A stretch of 64,000 nt of DNA from Octopus vulgaris (GCA_951406725.2 OX597826.1:74400001-74464000); one strand, 5' to 3'. Positions 28,777-42,522 are shown, counted from the stretch's first letter. Notes: generated by a model not told the origin, from the sequence alone. A program made the numbers and translations.

Positions 28777-29273
28777 CATAAGAGGTTTTTAACAATTTAT
28801 ACATTGACTTTAGTGTTTAACAGTTAAGACACCGTTGGTAGGACTTTAACAATTGAATACTGTCTTCAGAATTCTAGGCATTAATGTCCTAACATTTGCA
28901 ATGATGCCATTAGATTTCTTTTCTTATGGCAATTCTGATGTTGGCGTTAAATTCTAACAAGTAAGTCATTGACCTTCATATCTTAATAGTTGTGACATTG
29001 ATGTTATTGTCCTATCTTTTGTGGTACAGACTTTAGTGTTTTAACAGTTGTGATATTAGCATGAATATTTTAAACTAAAACATTGACACTCGCGTCCTAA
29101 TAAATGAGACAACGACATTAGTAATTTAACACTTGAAATGCCGACGTTAGCGTTTCAGCAGTTGTGATGTCGGCATGAATGTCTTAACTACTAAGACATA
29201 GACTTGAGATAATGACTTTAGTGAGATGTTGGTATTGGTGCTTTAACATTGAATATATGGACATCAGTCACCT

Positions 29274-30122
29274 AGGCGCAGGAGGTGGCCGTATGATAAG
29301 TAGCTTGCTTACAAACAACATGGTTCGGGGTTCGGTCCCACTGCGCGGTACCTTGGGTAAGTATCTTCTACTATATCCACGGACTGACCAAAGTGGATTT
29401 GGTTAGATGGAAACTGAAAGAAGCCCGTCGTAGGTTTGTGTGTCTCCGTTTGTCCCCCCACCCATCGCTTGATAACTGATGTTAGTGTGTTTACGTCCCC
29501 GTAACTCAGCGGTTCATCAAAAGAGACCGATAGAATAAGTACTAGGCTTACAAAGAATAAGTCATGGGTTCGATTTGTTCGGCTAAAGGCGGTGCTCCAG
29601 GCGGTAAATCGACTAAATCGACCCCAGTGCTCAACTGGTACTTACTTTATCGATTCCGAAAGGACGAAAAGCAAACTCGGTCCCGGTAGAAATGGAACTC
29701 AGAACGAAAATACGGACGCAATGTTGCTAAGCATTTCGCCCGGCGTGCAAACGACTCTACCTGTTTGCCACCTTAATCACTATTAAATATTGGTTTCAAA
29801 TTTTGGCACGAGGCCAGCAATTTTAGGAGAGGAGTGAGTTGATTAATTGTACCCCAATGCGCAACTGGTACATAGTTTACATAGTTTATAAGGCGGCGAG
29901 CTGGCAGAAACGTTAGCACGCCGGATGAAATGCTTAGCGGTATTTCATCTGTCGTTACGTTGTGAGTTCAAATTCCGCCGTGGTTGACTTTGCCTTTCAT
30001 CCTTTCGGGGTCGATAAATTAAGTACCAGTCACGCACTGGGGCCGATTTAATCGACTTAATCCGTTTGTCTGTCCTTGTTTGCCCTCTCTATATTTAGCC
30101 CCTTGTGGGTAGTAAAGAAATA
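29274..30122. mobile_element. SINE cluster: B (+), A (-), partial A (-), A (+)
   Basis: Match family consensus. Confidence 0.85.
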
Positions 30123-31109
30123 GATTCTCCCAGCTCACTGCTTTAACCACCACCAAATATTAAAATATTCTTTTCAAATCATTGTGTATCTTTAGGAATT
30201 CTGACCTTCATTATGTCCCACGTTTCTATTTTGTGAACATAAAACGACTGACCCAATTTTTAAAAGCAGACAGCAGTAATAAATTCTGTGTATTTGTTTA
30301 CGGAGTATATAAATACATTTAGATAACCTTATTACCATATTTCGTATGTTATTTTTGTTTGTAGTCTGTGTGTACATATGTGTGTGTGTGTGGGGGGGGA
30401 TGACTTTATTTCATGTCAAACTCTACTTTTCTTTGACGCATTTCTTTAAGTTAACAAGTTTCCCACTGCAAATTCATCATGGGTTCGATTTGTTCGACTA
30501 AAGGCGGTGCTCCAGCATGGCCCTAGTCAAGATGACTGAAACAAACAAAAGAATAAAAGAATAGAAATTAGCATCGTAATAGTTGGGAAATTTACATTAA
30601 TGGATTAATAGTATTTTAAGAACTGAAATATCAGCATTAGTGTTGTAACTTTTGAGATACTGATAGTCTTTACGTATGACATGTAGACATAGCGTCACAA
30701 CAGTTGAAGTACTAATATTAGTATCTTGACAATTAAGATCATGTTATGACATTTGTGTCTTCACAATTGAGATCAGGTTATGACGTAAGTGTTTCAATAG
30801 GTGAGATATAGGCAGATGTGGTATTGACACGAGTGTCTTAAGAAGAGAAATATCGACACATTAGTATCGTAGTAGTTGCTACTACAAGATCCTGTCCTTG
30901 TTACGGTGCGATATCGTGTGTTCGTCGATGGTACCGAGAGAGCAATTCTTTGTGTACAAAACCGACTGCACAAAACTTTGCACATCTATTCCATGTTATT
31001 TCGGTTTGCTCACAAAGATTTTAAGTTTTGGAGGAATGCTCTTGGAAAAAAATTTTTGAAACTGATGGAAGTGCGAGAGCAGAAACTAATATCTTGTGTA
31101 TGTTCTTTT

Positions 31110-31665
31110 CTACACTGGCACAAGGCCCGAAAATTTGGGGGAGGGAGCCAGTCGATTAGATCGACCACATTACGCAAATGGTACTTAATTTATCGACTTC
31201 GAAAGAATGAACGGCAAAGTCGACGTCGCAGGATTTTGAAATCAGAACGTAAATACAGACGAAATAGCGCTAAGCATTTCGCCCGTCGTGCTAACGTTTC
31301 TGCCAGCTCGCCCGCCCTAAATACTCGAAACGAAATTTCAAATTTTTGGCACAAGACTAGCAATTCTGGGAGAGTGGATAAGTCGATTACATCGACCCCA
31401 GTGCACAACTGGTACTTATTTTGTCGACTCCGAAATGATGAAAGGAAAATTTGAACTCGGCGGAATGTGAACTCATAACGGAAAAACGGGGAAAATACCC
31501 GGCGTGCTAACGACTCTGCCAACTCGCCGCCTTAAAGACAAACATTAAATACTGGCTTCAAATTTTGGCACGAAGCCAGTAATCTCGGTGGGGTGGTTGC
31601 ATACGGACGAAATGCTGCTAACCATTTTATGCGGTGTGCTAACGATCCTGCCAGCTCGCCGCCCG
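31110..31665 (-). mobile_element. Three SINE family A copies or fragments
   Basis: Repeated (G)CCAGCTCGCCGCC head ends and Nin-like cores. Confidence 0.8.
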
Positions 31666-32247
31666 ACAAACATTAAATATTGCAAACGTTTTTTTTTACC
31701 AGTTGACACTTGAGAGCTAATAAGCTATAATGTTGGGCGTTCGTGAAATGCACAGCAAATAAAGAGTTAGCTATAAGAAGGTGGCCGACATGTTTCTTAG
31801 TTCCCAACGAAGAACACTATTCTGGTGTTTTAAATACTTCAAGAGCTGAAGAAGCAGCTTTTAATAGAGTTTTGTAGCTCTTAATAGACTTATCATGAAA
31901 GAAAATACAAACATGAGTGATGGCTTAATATCTGTGTAATACGAAATAAAACAAATAATGATTTAGCGTATAAATATAATGAAAGTGTAATAGAGATGAT
32001 AGATATTGTATAGCCATGATGCATTCAGTTGATATGACCCGTTCAAAGCGAGAGATCGCAAAAGAGCAAGGCTTGTTTCTCTGGATTGTATGCAATTAGT
32101 CAAATGCTGTCGAACTAAACCACATTCGTGCTAAAAACATAACCAGACAGATAAAGTAATAAAAGTAGCAAAAGATAAAATAATTAAACGATAAATATAA
32201 ACCTAAACTAATTTTAACAATTAACCGAGATATCCATTTCATAAAGA

Positions 32248-32302
<55 letters not shown>

Positions 32303-32391
32303 TCCTTCCTTCCTTTCTTTCTTTCTTCTTCCCATTCTTTCTTTCTTCCTTCCCCTCTTTCTCTACCTCCTCTCCCATCTCTATCTATCTG

Positions 32392-32462
<71 letters not shown>

Positions 32463-32499
32463 CTATGTATGTATGTATGTACGTCCGTACGTACGTACG

Positions 32500-32567
<68 letters not shown>

Positions 32568-32568
32568 A

Positions 32569-32662
<94 letters not shown>

Positions 32663-33624
32663 GTAATGCCCGTACACAAATACAGCCACAAGTGAAACAG
32701 TAAAACACAAAATTTCTTTGAATTCAACAGACTTAGTAAATACTTCGCTTTAAACATCATTTCCTCAAATACTGACTTACTTTACGCCTGTTTCGGGTGA
32801 TTCGTAATATCTTGTTATTAACGCACTATAAGACTGCGAGCTGTTAGGTGGCATTTCATCTATCAATAGGTTCTGAGCTCAATCCCATCGACGTCGACTT
32901 TGCCTTGCGCACTGAGGTCAATGTAACCTAGTTACCCACTGCTGGCCTTGTGCCAAAATGTGAAACCTATATTAACGCATAAATAACATTTACTGAAAGT
33001 CAATTCGTGGCAACCATTTTCATAAACCACAGACTAACATTAGTCTCGATATCGCGATAAAAAACACAACTTCTTTCCATTCTGTTAAGACTTCTGTGTG
33101 CAAACTATAAAAATGTCGGACATAAGTCCACCCAACCTCATCCCATCCAAGGCGGCGAGCAGGTAGAATCGTTATCTGCCGGACCAGCCACTTAGTGGTA
33201 TTTCTTCCGGACCTTTACGTTCTAAGTTCAAATGCGACAGAGGTTGAATTTTCCTTTCGTCCTTTGGGGTCGATAAAATAAAAGCTAGTTGAGCACAGAT
33301 GCCCATGTACCCGACTAGATGTTTCTAAATTTTGAAAGCATTTTACAGATACTCTACCGATTCAGCCATCTACCAGCAGCAGCAGCAGTAGTAGTGGTAG
33401 CGGCGGTGGTAGAAGATTCTTAAGAAAGGTCCAACAGACGAAGCTATTCGTCAGTTGTTAACGACGTTTCAGAAAACTGAATCTGTGCATTGATGGCACC
33501 AGAAGTGGACGCCCAAGAAATTTGGAAAAAGAAGTGAATTGGTTCGAGAAGCATTCGAACAAGATACGCAATTATCAGCTCATAGGGCAGCTGACATGTT
33601 AGAAATTCCATGTACACTAATCCG

Positions 33625-34023
33625 TTGTCTGTGTGGTAAGTAGCTTGCTTACCAGCCACATGGTTCCAGGTTCAGTCCCACTGCATAAACACCTTGGGCA
33701 CGTGTCTTCTACTATAGCCTCGGGCCGACTAAAGCCTTGTGAGTGGATTTGATAGACGGAAACTGAAAGAATATATATATATACATATGTAAATATATAT
33801 AGATATGTATGTGTGTATATGTTTGTGTGTCTGTCCGTCCCCCCAACATCACTTGACAACCGATGCTGGTGTGTTTACGTCCCCATAACCTAGCGGTTCG
33901 GCAAAAGATACCGATAGAATAAGTACTAGGCTTACAAAGAATAAGTCCTGGGGTCAATTTTCTCGACTAAGGGCGGCGCTCCATTATGGCCACAGTCAAA
34001 TGACTGAAACAAGTAAAAGAGAG
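33625..34023 (+). mobile_element. SINE family B
   Basis: Matches consensus, including the CAGTCAAATGACTGAAAC tail. Confidence 0.88.
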
Positions 34024-34039
34024 CGAATTGAATAACAAA

Positions 34040-34410
34040 GCTTATCGCATCCAAGTTTTCCACAACTTACAAGAAGAGATCAAAGATGTGCGCTAAGATT
34101 ATTGATCAAATTGGAAGAACCAATTTAATCAAGAAAATTCTATTCAGTGATGTAGAAAGATCGATCGACACAATTGTCGCATTTGAGGGAGCGAAAAGCC
34201 AACTGAATTTCTTGAATGGGAACGAAATACACCGAAAGGGAATGTTTGGCTTGATATAGCTAAGTCAAAGGCGTATGGACCTTACTTCTGCGTAAAGACT
34301 ACGGTCACGGGATTTGTTTATCGTGATGTGCTTGAACAGTTCTTCAAACCTCAACTTCTTACAGAAGACATTCTTGACACTGTAGTTTTCAACAGGATGG
34401 AGCATCTAAA
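34040..34410 (+). pseudogene. Mariner-like (DD41D-type) transposase catalytic fragment
   Basis: YRIQVFHNLQ...ILFSD...KPTEFLEWERNTPKGNVW...YGPYFCVKTTVTGFVYRDVLEQFFKPQL...(frameshift)QQDGA. Confidence 0.75.
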
Positions 34411-34689
34411 ATGTTGACTGGAGCTCACAGTTCTCTCTTAGATAGATATTACGACTATCAGAAAGTGATTCTTAAATAAAAAAGGAGAGAAGCGGGTGCG
34501 GGTGACGATGTTTAGACGAAAAGCAATTAGGAATCAAATGGGTAAATATCCTTTAGCAACTAAGAGAAACCCTCCCGAGGGTGGTTTTTCTGCTAGTGTG
34601 TACAGTAACCGAAAGAAAGCAAAAAAAAAAAAAAATCTACTTCCAAATAAACTTTTTCTTTTTTTTTTTTACTTTCACTTTCTGCTGAG

Positions 34690-35275
34690 AAGGCGGCGAG
34701 CTGGCAGAATCGTTAGCACGCCGGGCGAAATGCTTAGCAGTATTTCGTCTGCCACTACGTTCTGAGTTCAAATTTCACCGAGGTCGACTTTGCCTTTCAT
34801 CCTTTTCTGGGATCGATTAATTAAGTACCAGTTATGCACTGGGGTCAATATAATCGACTTAATCCGTTTGTCTGTCCTTGTTTGTCCCCTCTATGTGTAG
34901 CCCCTTCGGGCAGTAAAGAAATAGGTATTTCGTCTGCCGCTACGTTCTGAGTTCAAATTCCGCCGAGGTTATCTTTGCCTTTTATCCTTTCTGGGTCGAA
35001 TAAATAAGTACCAGTTACGCACTGGGGTCGATATAATCAGCTTAATCCGTTTATCTGTCCTTGTTTGTCCCCTCTGTGTGTAGCCCCTTGTGGGCAGTAA
35101 AGAAATAGGTATTTCGTCTGTCGCTGAGTTCAGAGTTCAAATTCCGCCGAGGTCGACGTTGCCTTTCGTCCTTTCGGGGTCGATTAAATAAATACCAGTT
35201 ACGCACTGAGGTTGATATAATCGACTGTCCCCCACCCCGCATAATTTCGGGCTTTGTGCCTAGAGTAGAAAAGAA
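34690..35275 (+). mobile_element. SINE family A trimer
   Basis: Two AAAGAAATAG|GTATTTCG junctions; the last unit has the alternative tail. Confidence 0.9.
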
Positions 35276-36109
35276 TTTGTGCTGAGAAGAAAAAAGCGAA
35301 GAAAAATAGAAACACAAGGAAAACAGTGAAATACTTTCACTTTTACCAACAGAATTCCCCTTCAAAGTAAATGGTTTCATTTTAAAGCACTTCATAGGGT
35401 CCCGTGAAACTGGATCCATGTTTTGCACACTACAAATTCACAAAAAATTAAAATATTCTTAATAACTTTAAAGTATTTTTTTAACAAACATTTTTAAAGC
35501 AATATTTTTAAAAGCAGAAATTGATACAGTTGAATGTAATTTCCAGCTACAAGCGTTTATTGTTTACATTTGTTGTGAATAAACATGTTTGGTTTGCCAA
35601 CGGTGCAATACTAATTGCTTTCATTATAGAACAAGTATTACTTTCGTTGAAATGTAAACAAAGCAATTTTTTTATTCGTATTATTTCAAATGTAAACGAG
35701 CAAAAACCAAAAAAATTTCCTGAAGCAATAAGCGCAGAAAATCGTATCTATTTTCTAATTTAAAAACTACTATTTTTTTTAAAAAACGTATTTTAAAACG
35801 TTAAGCAACTGTTTTAGAATCTTTAGCTTAGATATTGTGAATCTGTGATTTTCAAAAACTTAAAAATTTGCAAACCGTAAAGGAAAAAGTGTTCTATGTA
35901 TAAGTTGTAAAGATTTAAAAAAATGGCCGCTTAAAAGAATAAATGCATTAGAGTTCCGTCATGAATGACACTAGTGGGATTTGTCCCTATAGCTTCAAAA
36001 ATGGAGGCTTATGGCATTAATAACTTTTAAGTCTTTACTATATTTGGTCCGTTTTCTCCTGGATCACCGCTCTTTCTTCATTCTATGCGCGATTAATCTG
36101 GTTTATACA

Positions 36110-36330
36110 TGTTTCTTTGTTGCCCACAAGGGGCTAAACATAGAGGGGACAAACAAGGACAAACAGATTAAGTCGATTACATCGACCCCAGTGCGTAACT
36201 GGTACTTAATTTTATCTACCCCTAAAGGATGAAAGGCAAAGTTGACCTCGGCGGAATTTGAACTCAGAACGTAACGGCTGACGAAATACGGCTACGCATT
36301 TCGCCCGGGGTGCTAACGGTTCTGCCAGCC
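36110..36330 (-). mobile_element. SINE family A
   Basis: TSD-like TTAATCTGGTTT on both sides. Confidence 0.88.
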
Positions 36331-36493
36331 TTTTAATCTGGTTTGTATATTTGAGTCTTATTTCAGACCTATCTTTTATACATTAAAATTATTTTTTCTG
36401 ATAATTCTTCTTCTCCCTACTCGCTCTTTTGACCGCTTCTCCCCTTCTTTAGCAGACTCACACACACGCACGCGCACACACATACACACACAC

Positions 36494-36544
<51 letters not shown>

Positions 36545-36579
36545 ACACATCTTTTACTGTTTCAGATGTTTCCTCTCAC

Positions 36580-37230
36580 CTTTTCTCTGCTTACTCGCTG
36601 TCGAACCATTGATGTAGAAGCTATAATGATTGAAGAGCATTCCTTTCGAGCTGGGATGCAGGGGTTCGATGTGGACACATGCGGGAGACGCCACTGGGAT
36701 AGTATCGCAGGCCACGAAGGTGGAGTTGGTCGGCATCTTTCTAAAGAGATACGAAGTGCTGCACGGACGAAAGATAAATATGGTCGACTCAGTTTCTTGC
36801 CCATACAGTTGTACAGCGTCACGGGAGGCTGGACAGACGGCTCGGTTAAACTGGTTGGGATCTAGTTGGGTCCGAGCCCTCAAGACGAAAAAAATAGGGA
36901 CAAGTTTACGAGCAGTATAAGATAACTGAGGGTGACTGAGAGATAGGGCTGTGATTAAGTTATCTCTAAAACGTCAAGCGGATCGCCCCTGCTAAATTGC
37001 TTCCGTTATAGTTTATCTGCTGCCCTTCCTGTGTTGCCTCAGTTCCTGTCTGAACAAACTGGAGTGTCAGGGCATTCGCTTCTTGTGGAAAGGACGCGTT
37101 CCACTGGTCAAGCGGTCGATATGCTACCAGTGCAACGCAAGCTCGGCATACCATAGCTACTGATGTGCAGCCATACGTTCTGGCACAACTTGTAATGGTT
37201 TGGGAAAAGCCTAGGGCATTCGTTCACGAT
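36580..37230 (+). pseudogene. L1/Tx1-clade ORF2 fragment (RT catalytic region and downstream)
   Basis: LLAVEPLM, HAGDAT (decayed YADD), LKRYEVLHGRKIN, WTDGSVKLVGI, IRFLWKGRVPLVKRSICYQ. Confidence 0.8.
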
Positions 37231-37236
37231 TGTTGC

Positions 37237-37278
<42 letters not shown>

Positions 37279-37310
37279 GTTGTTGTTGTTGTTGTTATTA
37301 TTATTGAGTA

Positions 37311-37345
<35 letters not shown>

Positions 37346-37697
37346 CTTATCAAGATAAACACCACATGACCTTGCAGGTGGGGCCCAGTTAGAATTTTCT
37401 TCAGGTTGAGTAGCCCATCCCGCTCAAAAGGTCCCTGAATAAGAGTTGTTTAAGGATGTTGAAAGAACCACCCATGTTTCCAGAGGTGAATTATTCAAAC
37501 CCCAAAGAATCCCTCTCAACACATGGCTATGATGCTCCCCCACTACTTCTGCTCGTGATCAGAGATGCACATATCGTCAGCCACCAAGGGACATGCTCAA
37601 CTGGTTAAGGTCAAACAACTGACAAGCAAATCTGTGGTATTGAGCAGAATATTTGCTGTAGCTCATCTTTTATACCAAGACAAAACAATGTACATGA
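37346..37697 (-). mobile_element. Probable non-LTR retrotransposon 3' fragment embedded in (TAA)n
   Basis: Unique-looking 350-bp block flanked on both sides by (TTA)n; the minus strand ends in (TAA)n. No ORF recognised. Confidence 0.4.
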
Positions 37698-37726
37698 TAT
37701 TATTATTATTATTATTACTATTTTAG

Positions 37727-37942
37727 AGGCGGCAAGTTGGCAGAATTGTTAGCATACCGGGCAGAATGCGTAGCAGTATTTCGCCCGCCCGTCGCTATGT
37801 TCTGAGTTCAAACTCCGCCGAGTCCGACTTTGCCTTTCACCCTTTTTGGGGTCAATAAAGTGCCAGTGAAACACTGGGGTCGATGTAATCGACTGGTTCC
37901 CTCCCCACAAATTTGAGGCCTTTTGTCTCTAGTAGAAAGGAT
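37727..37942 (+). mobile_element. SINE family A
   Basis: Matches consensus. Confidence 0.85.
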
Positions 37943-38749
37943 TATTATTATTATTATTATTATTATTAGTAGTAGTAGTAGTAACAGCAGCAGCAGTAGC
38001 AGTAGTAGTAGTAGTAGTAGTAGAAGTAGTAGTAGTAGTAAATGTTCGATTCATTCTTTCTTTGTTTTCACACAGAATCTATCTTAGATAGGTCACAGAG
38101 TTCTGCGAACGACAATGTAAATCTGCCGGGAATTTGTCAATGCATCCCATAAAAGTGGCAACGCCTATTCGTGTCTAGACGACCTCAAAAAATAAAGTAC
38201 AAGACATACGGGTTTCTTTTTTTCTTTTTGGCCGACATATCAACTCAATTGCTTTCATCTGCAATTCTTCAACAACTCTTCTCTTATTCAATTGTTCGTT
38301 CTCATGTCAATAGTAAACATTGTGTAAAGCAGATGTTTATAGCTTAGCGAGACCGTCTCAAAGAAAGCCTATTGGTAACGGTAGAAGGGGCGTCAATTAC
38401 ATTTGGTAACAAATACAACAGAACATCAAACTATTCAAGGCACTTAAGGTTACCAAGCGAGTGATCTTAAAACACTGGTGGGACAACAACACACACACAT
38501 ACATATATGTACATGCACACTTATACTTATGTATATGTATATGGATGTATCCATGCATATGTATGTGTATGTATATACATACATACAAACTTACATACAT
38601 ACAAACATACATACATATATGCATATACTTATATATATATTTATATACACACACACACACACACATACATATTATCTCCCCTAATTTCGCTCTTGCGTCT
38701 CACGTTCGATCTTTGACTTCTGGCCGAAATCAGATCGCCATGTTGATTC

Positions 38750-38939
38750 GCTAGCCTCTGCACGCATTTTTTTCTCTCCTTCTTTCTGTGTTTCTTTTCT
38801 GTGTATCTTTCTGTTGAAGAGCCTAGGCTCGAAACGTAAAAGACTTGTTTTATTTATATTCCTGAGCGCCATACTAATACAATTGTTTGTTTGTATTCCA
38901 CCTGCCTTCGTCTTTTGTTTATTTTCATAAAGCTTCCCG

Positions 38940-38942
<3 letters not shown>
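38750..38942 (+). mobile_element. Hammerhead-bearing short element, subfamily B
   Basis: TCTTT-CTGTTGA-A-GAGC-CTAG-GCTC-GAAA-CG-TA-AAAGA at 38806-38843; ends in (TA)n. Confidence 0.7.
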
Positions 38943-38988
<46 letters not shown>

Positions 38989-38989
<1 letters not shown>

Positions 38990-39868
38990 GGGGCGGGTGA
39001 AAAGTAAGTAGGCATTAAAAATTGGTAATAAAATCCCTATTCCTTTTACAAATTTATTGAAATAAATGATTCATGTTCTTTATTAGATGGGAAAATGAAA
39101 GTAAATCTTCATATCTGAACGTAAGCTCAGGTGGCGTCAACCATTTTTCTCAAACGGCCAGGGGCGGAATGAACAACTTCCTGAAAGACGTCGTCTGGGA
39201 TATCATTGAGAACCTCCTGGATCCGTGTCTCCAAGTCCTCCAGTGTTCGAGGTTTTGTCTTGTACACCTCTTTTGTGTAACCCCACAGGTAAAAATCACA
39301 TGTAGTGAGATCTGGACTCCTGAGACTTCTGCGGTCACAGTTTTCATGTTTTAGCTCCTGCACGTAATGGGGTTTCCACGGACGAAACTTCAATTCTTTA
39401 TGCAACATTCTACGTATTGTGTCTTGTTGGTCCTAACTTTCACGAGTTGCTTGACGTGTTGATTTTTACGGGCTGCGATTAAGCATTTTCTGCACTGTTG
39501 CCATGTTCTCCGCTGATCGGGATGTGGTTAGACGACCACTTTTCTTGCATCGTTTACAGAGCCCGTGGTCATCAGCTTTGCATGACAACCTTTTATTGTC
39601 TCCAGACGTAGTGTTGGATGATTACTTTTCCATACACGCCACCATCTCTGAACCAAAACAACGGAATTCCACACTTCATAGCGCACTGTTATGTTAGCTT
39701 GCTCCTGAATAGTCAATCTGAAAAATAAGAAACAAGAAATAAGACAATAAAAAATTTAAAAAATCCCCATAAGTTTTGTCTGTTTAAGAAATGTTTTTGT
39801 AATGACTTCAGTGATACTAAAAATTATGTAAGTAATTTCTAATGCCTAGTTACTTTCCACCTACCTTG
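38989..39868 (-). mobile_element. Internally deleted mariner-like (DD41D-type) transposon
   Basis: 28-bp imperfect TIRs (CGGGGCGGGTGAAAAGTAAGTAGGCATT vs reverse complement CAAGGTAGGTGGAAAGTAACTAGGCATT), TA on the left. N-terminus TIQEQANITVRYEVWNSVVLVQRWWR; C-terminus RSPDLTTCDFYLWGY...LEDLETRI. Confidence 0.88.
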
Positions 39869-39891
39869 TGTGTATATTTATATATATATAT

Positions 39892-40137
39892 AAATGCGCT
39901 CTTTTAAAGCCTAGCCAAGCTCATGGCTCTGGTTTCTCGGTTTCAATGGCGTATGTGTCCTCCAGCTGGACGGGATGCCAGTCCATTGCAGCGTTACTCC
40001 TGTTTGCCAGCTGAGTGGACTGGAGCAACGTGAAATGAAGTGTTTTGCTCAAGAACACAACGCGTCGCCCGGTCCAGGAATCGAAACCACAACCTTACGA
40101 TCATGATGTTGATACCCTAACCACTAAGCCACGCGCC

Positions 40138-40138
<1 letters not shown>
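39892..40138 (-). mobile_element. SINE family D
   Basis: Homologous to 3305-3556. Confidence 0.88.
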
Positions 40139-40215
<77 letters not shown>

Positions 40216-40857
40216 ATTGATGAAAGAAATAGAAGATAGATTTAGCACTAGTCTTTATTCAGTGCGACGATCGTTTCGACTCATCCCGCAACTGTCCGTC
40301 ATGGATAGGATATTGTGCATCTAATTGTGTTGCATCAATCTGTGCAGTTTCTGTTACATCAGGTACATGCATAAAGAAGGGAATGCCTCACTAGATATAC
40401 TACATTCTCTTAGGCATGTTGTTCTTGTCGGCTGTGCGTATAATTAAACCAAGAAAAGGAAAAGCACTACAATAACCCAATACACCCTTCTTCAGCTGTC
40501 CACCGGACATCACAAGGGTTTCAATACTGTTCGATAGTATCACTTCGTCCATCGGTGGTAAGCAACATAGTGTATCAAGGTGTTGTATAATATATGTAAC
40601 CTAAATAGTAGCAGCGTTGTGAACTGCCTGTTCATAGGGATGTAGTTTAACCAACCATGCAACGTCACTGTAGTTACTTATATAGCCAGAAACTTTGTCT
40701 CTAATAAGACATCATTTCCGATCGACGCAGAAGTGCAACAAAATCTCCATCAAAATTAACGCTTGTGGCATCAGTTTCTGCCTTTATTACACTGCTAACC
40801 GAGAATAAATACGTAGACAAGCCTAACTCCAAAAATTCCTTTTCCTGTCCACTTAGT

Positions 40858-41268
40858 GGCGCAGGAGTGGCTGTGTGGTAAGTAGCTTGCTAACCAACCA
40901 CATGGTTCCGGGTTCAGTCCCACTGCGTGGCATCTTGGGCAAGTGTCTTCTGCTATAGCCCCGGGCCGACCAAAGCCTTGTGAGTGGATTTGGTAGACGG
41001 AAACTGAAAGAAGCCCGTCGTATATATATATATATATATAAGTGTGTGTGTGTTTGTGGTGTGTCTGTGTTTGTCCCCCTAGCATTGCTTGACAACCGAT
41101 GCTGGTGTGTTTACGTCCCCGTCAGCTAGCGGTTCGGCAAAAGAGAACCGATAGAATAAGTACTGGGCTTACAAAAAGAATAAGTCCCGGGGTCGATTTG
41201 CTCGACTAAAGGCGGTGCTCCAGCATGGCCGCAGTCAAATGACTGAAACAAGTGAAAGAGAGAGAGAG
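40858..41268 (+). mobile_element. SINE family B, full length
   Basis: GGCGCAGGAGTGGCTGTGTGG head; tail GGCGGTGCTCCAGCATGGCCGCAGTCAAATGACTGAAAC. Confidence 0.92.
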
Positions 41269-42364
41269 TTAGCTGACCTTTCCTTTCCAATGCAGTGACA
41301 TATACGGTATCTATAACGACCTGACACTACTCTCCGCGAACATACCCAAAAGCACTTATTTCCAGCAACTGCAAATGTTTAGATCAAGCAGTAAGAAAAG
41401 AACCATGTCCTTTCCCCGATTCGCGTAGAAACTTATGGACTACGGCTCGGAGCATGCTTAATTAACATCGTCATCAAAACCACTTCATACTTCAATGGAA
41501 CACTAAATTTTAGGCTATGCTCAACTAAACATTTTCAGATATTAAGACGGCCAGGAATATTATTTAACTGCAAATGAGAAACAGCCTGCAGCTGTTACCA
41601 CTGCAGGAATTTATTTTGTAGAGAGACATTCCAAAATTTTATAATTATTAAATTACAGAAGCTTGAAATTAAAAATAAAATCTTAACGATTAGATAAATT
41701 GAATGTTATTATTAATGTTATGGGAGGCTTCCTCTTATGTAAATATATTGACCAGTGATTTTATCTGGACTACCGTATGTGCGAATTAATACATGGAAGT
41801 CAAATTTATTGCTTTCAGATAGCTTAAAACGCGTGCATTCGGTAAAGGACTGTTAGTTTCGTTTCAGAAGAAATTTAAATATATTTCGTTTGGGAATGTT
41901 TTTTTTTTCGTTGAAATATCTCGCAACAGAATTTTAAGAATTGTCTATCTTGTTTCAAAACTATTCAAGAATCTTATTTTACATGTTTTCACTTTAACAT
42001 TTTACTATTAAGTGGTCCCACATGCATCAATACACATACGAAAAATATATCGACACTCATGCACATTTTAAGAACGATCTTCACAAGCAGCAGGGGTTCA
42101 CGAAAATCGGTTCCATTCTTCTGGCAGTCACATTGCTTAAACGTGTGTATGTATGTATGGTGTATGTATGTATGTATATATGTATGTGCGTATATTTGTA
42201 TGTTTGTATGTATGTATGTAGACATGCATGCTTATATATATATATCCTTTTCTCCCTTTTCTCTTATTTTCCTCATCTGGCGTCTGTCTGTCCGTCTGTC
42301 TATCTGTCTGTCTGCCAATCTATCTGTCCCTCGGCCAGTCTGTCTGTATTCTCTCTCTGTGTGA

Positions 42365-42430
<66 letters not shown>

Positions 42431-42522
42431 GTGTATGTATACATATCTGTGTATGTATGTATGTGTTTATATATAAACACACATGCAATGACTTATATTT
42501 AAATATTTTCCCTTTTATGTAT

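Larger units (their letters stand above)
28300..30880. repeat. Degenerate 29-bp minisatellite interrupted by SINEs
   Basis: Consensus approximately TTAACAGTTGAGACATTGACATTAGTGTC; units visible at 28300-28538, 28790-29270 and 30565-30880. Confidence 0.75.

Noticed and set aside
28300-30880. CRISPR-like array or coding repeat
   Set aside because: Units are contiguous and degenerate with no unique spacers, there are no cas genes, the context is eukaryotic, and the 29-bp period breaks frame.
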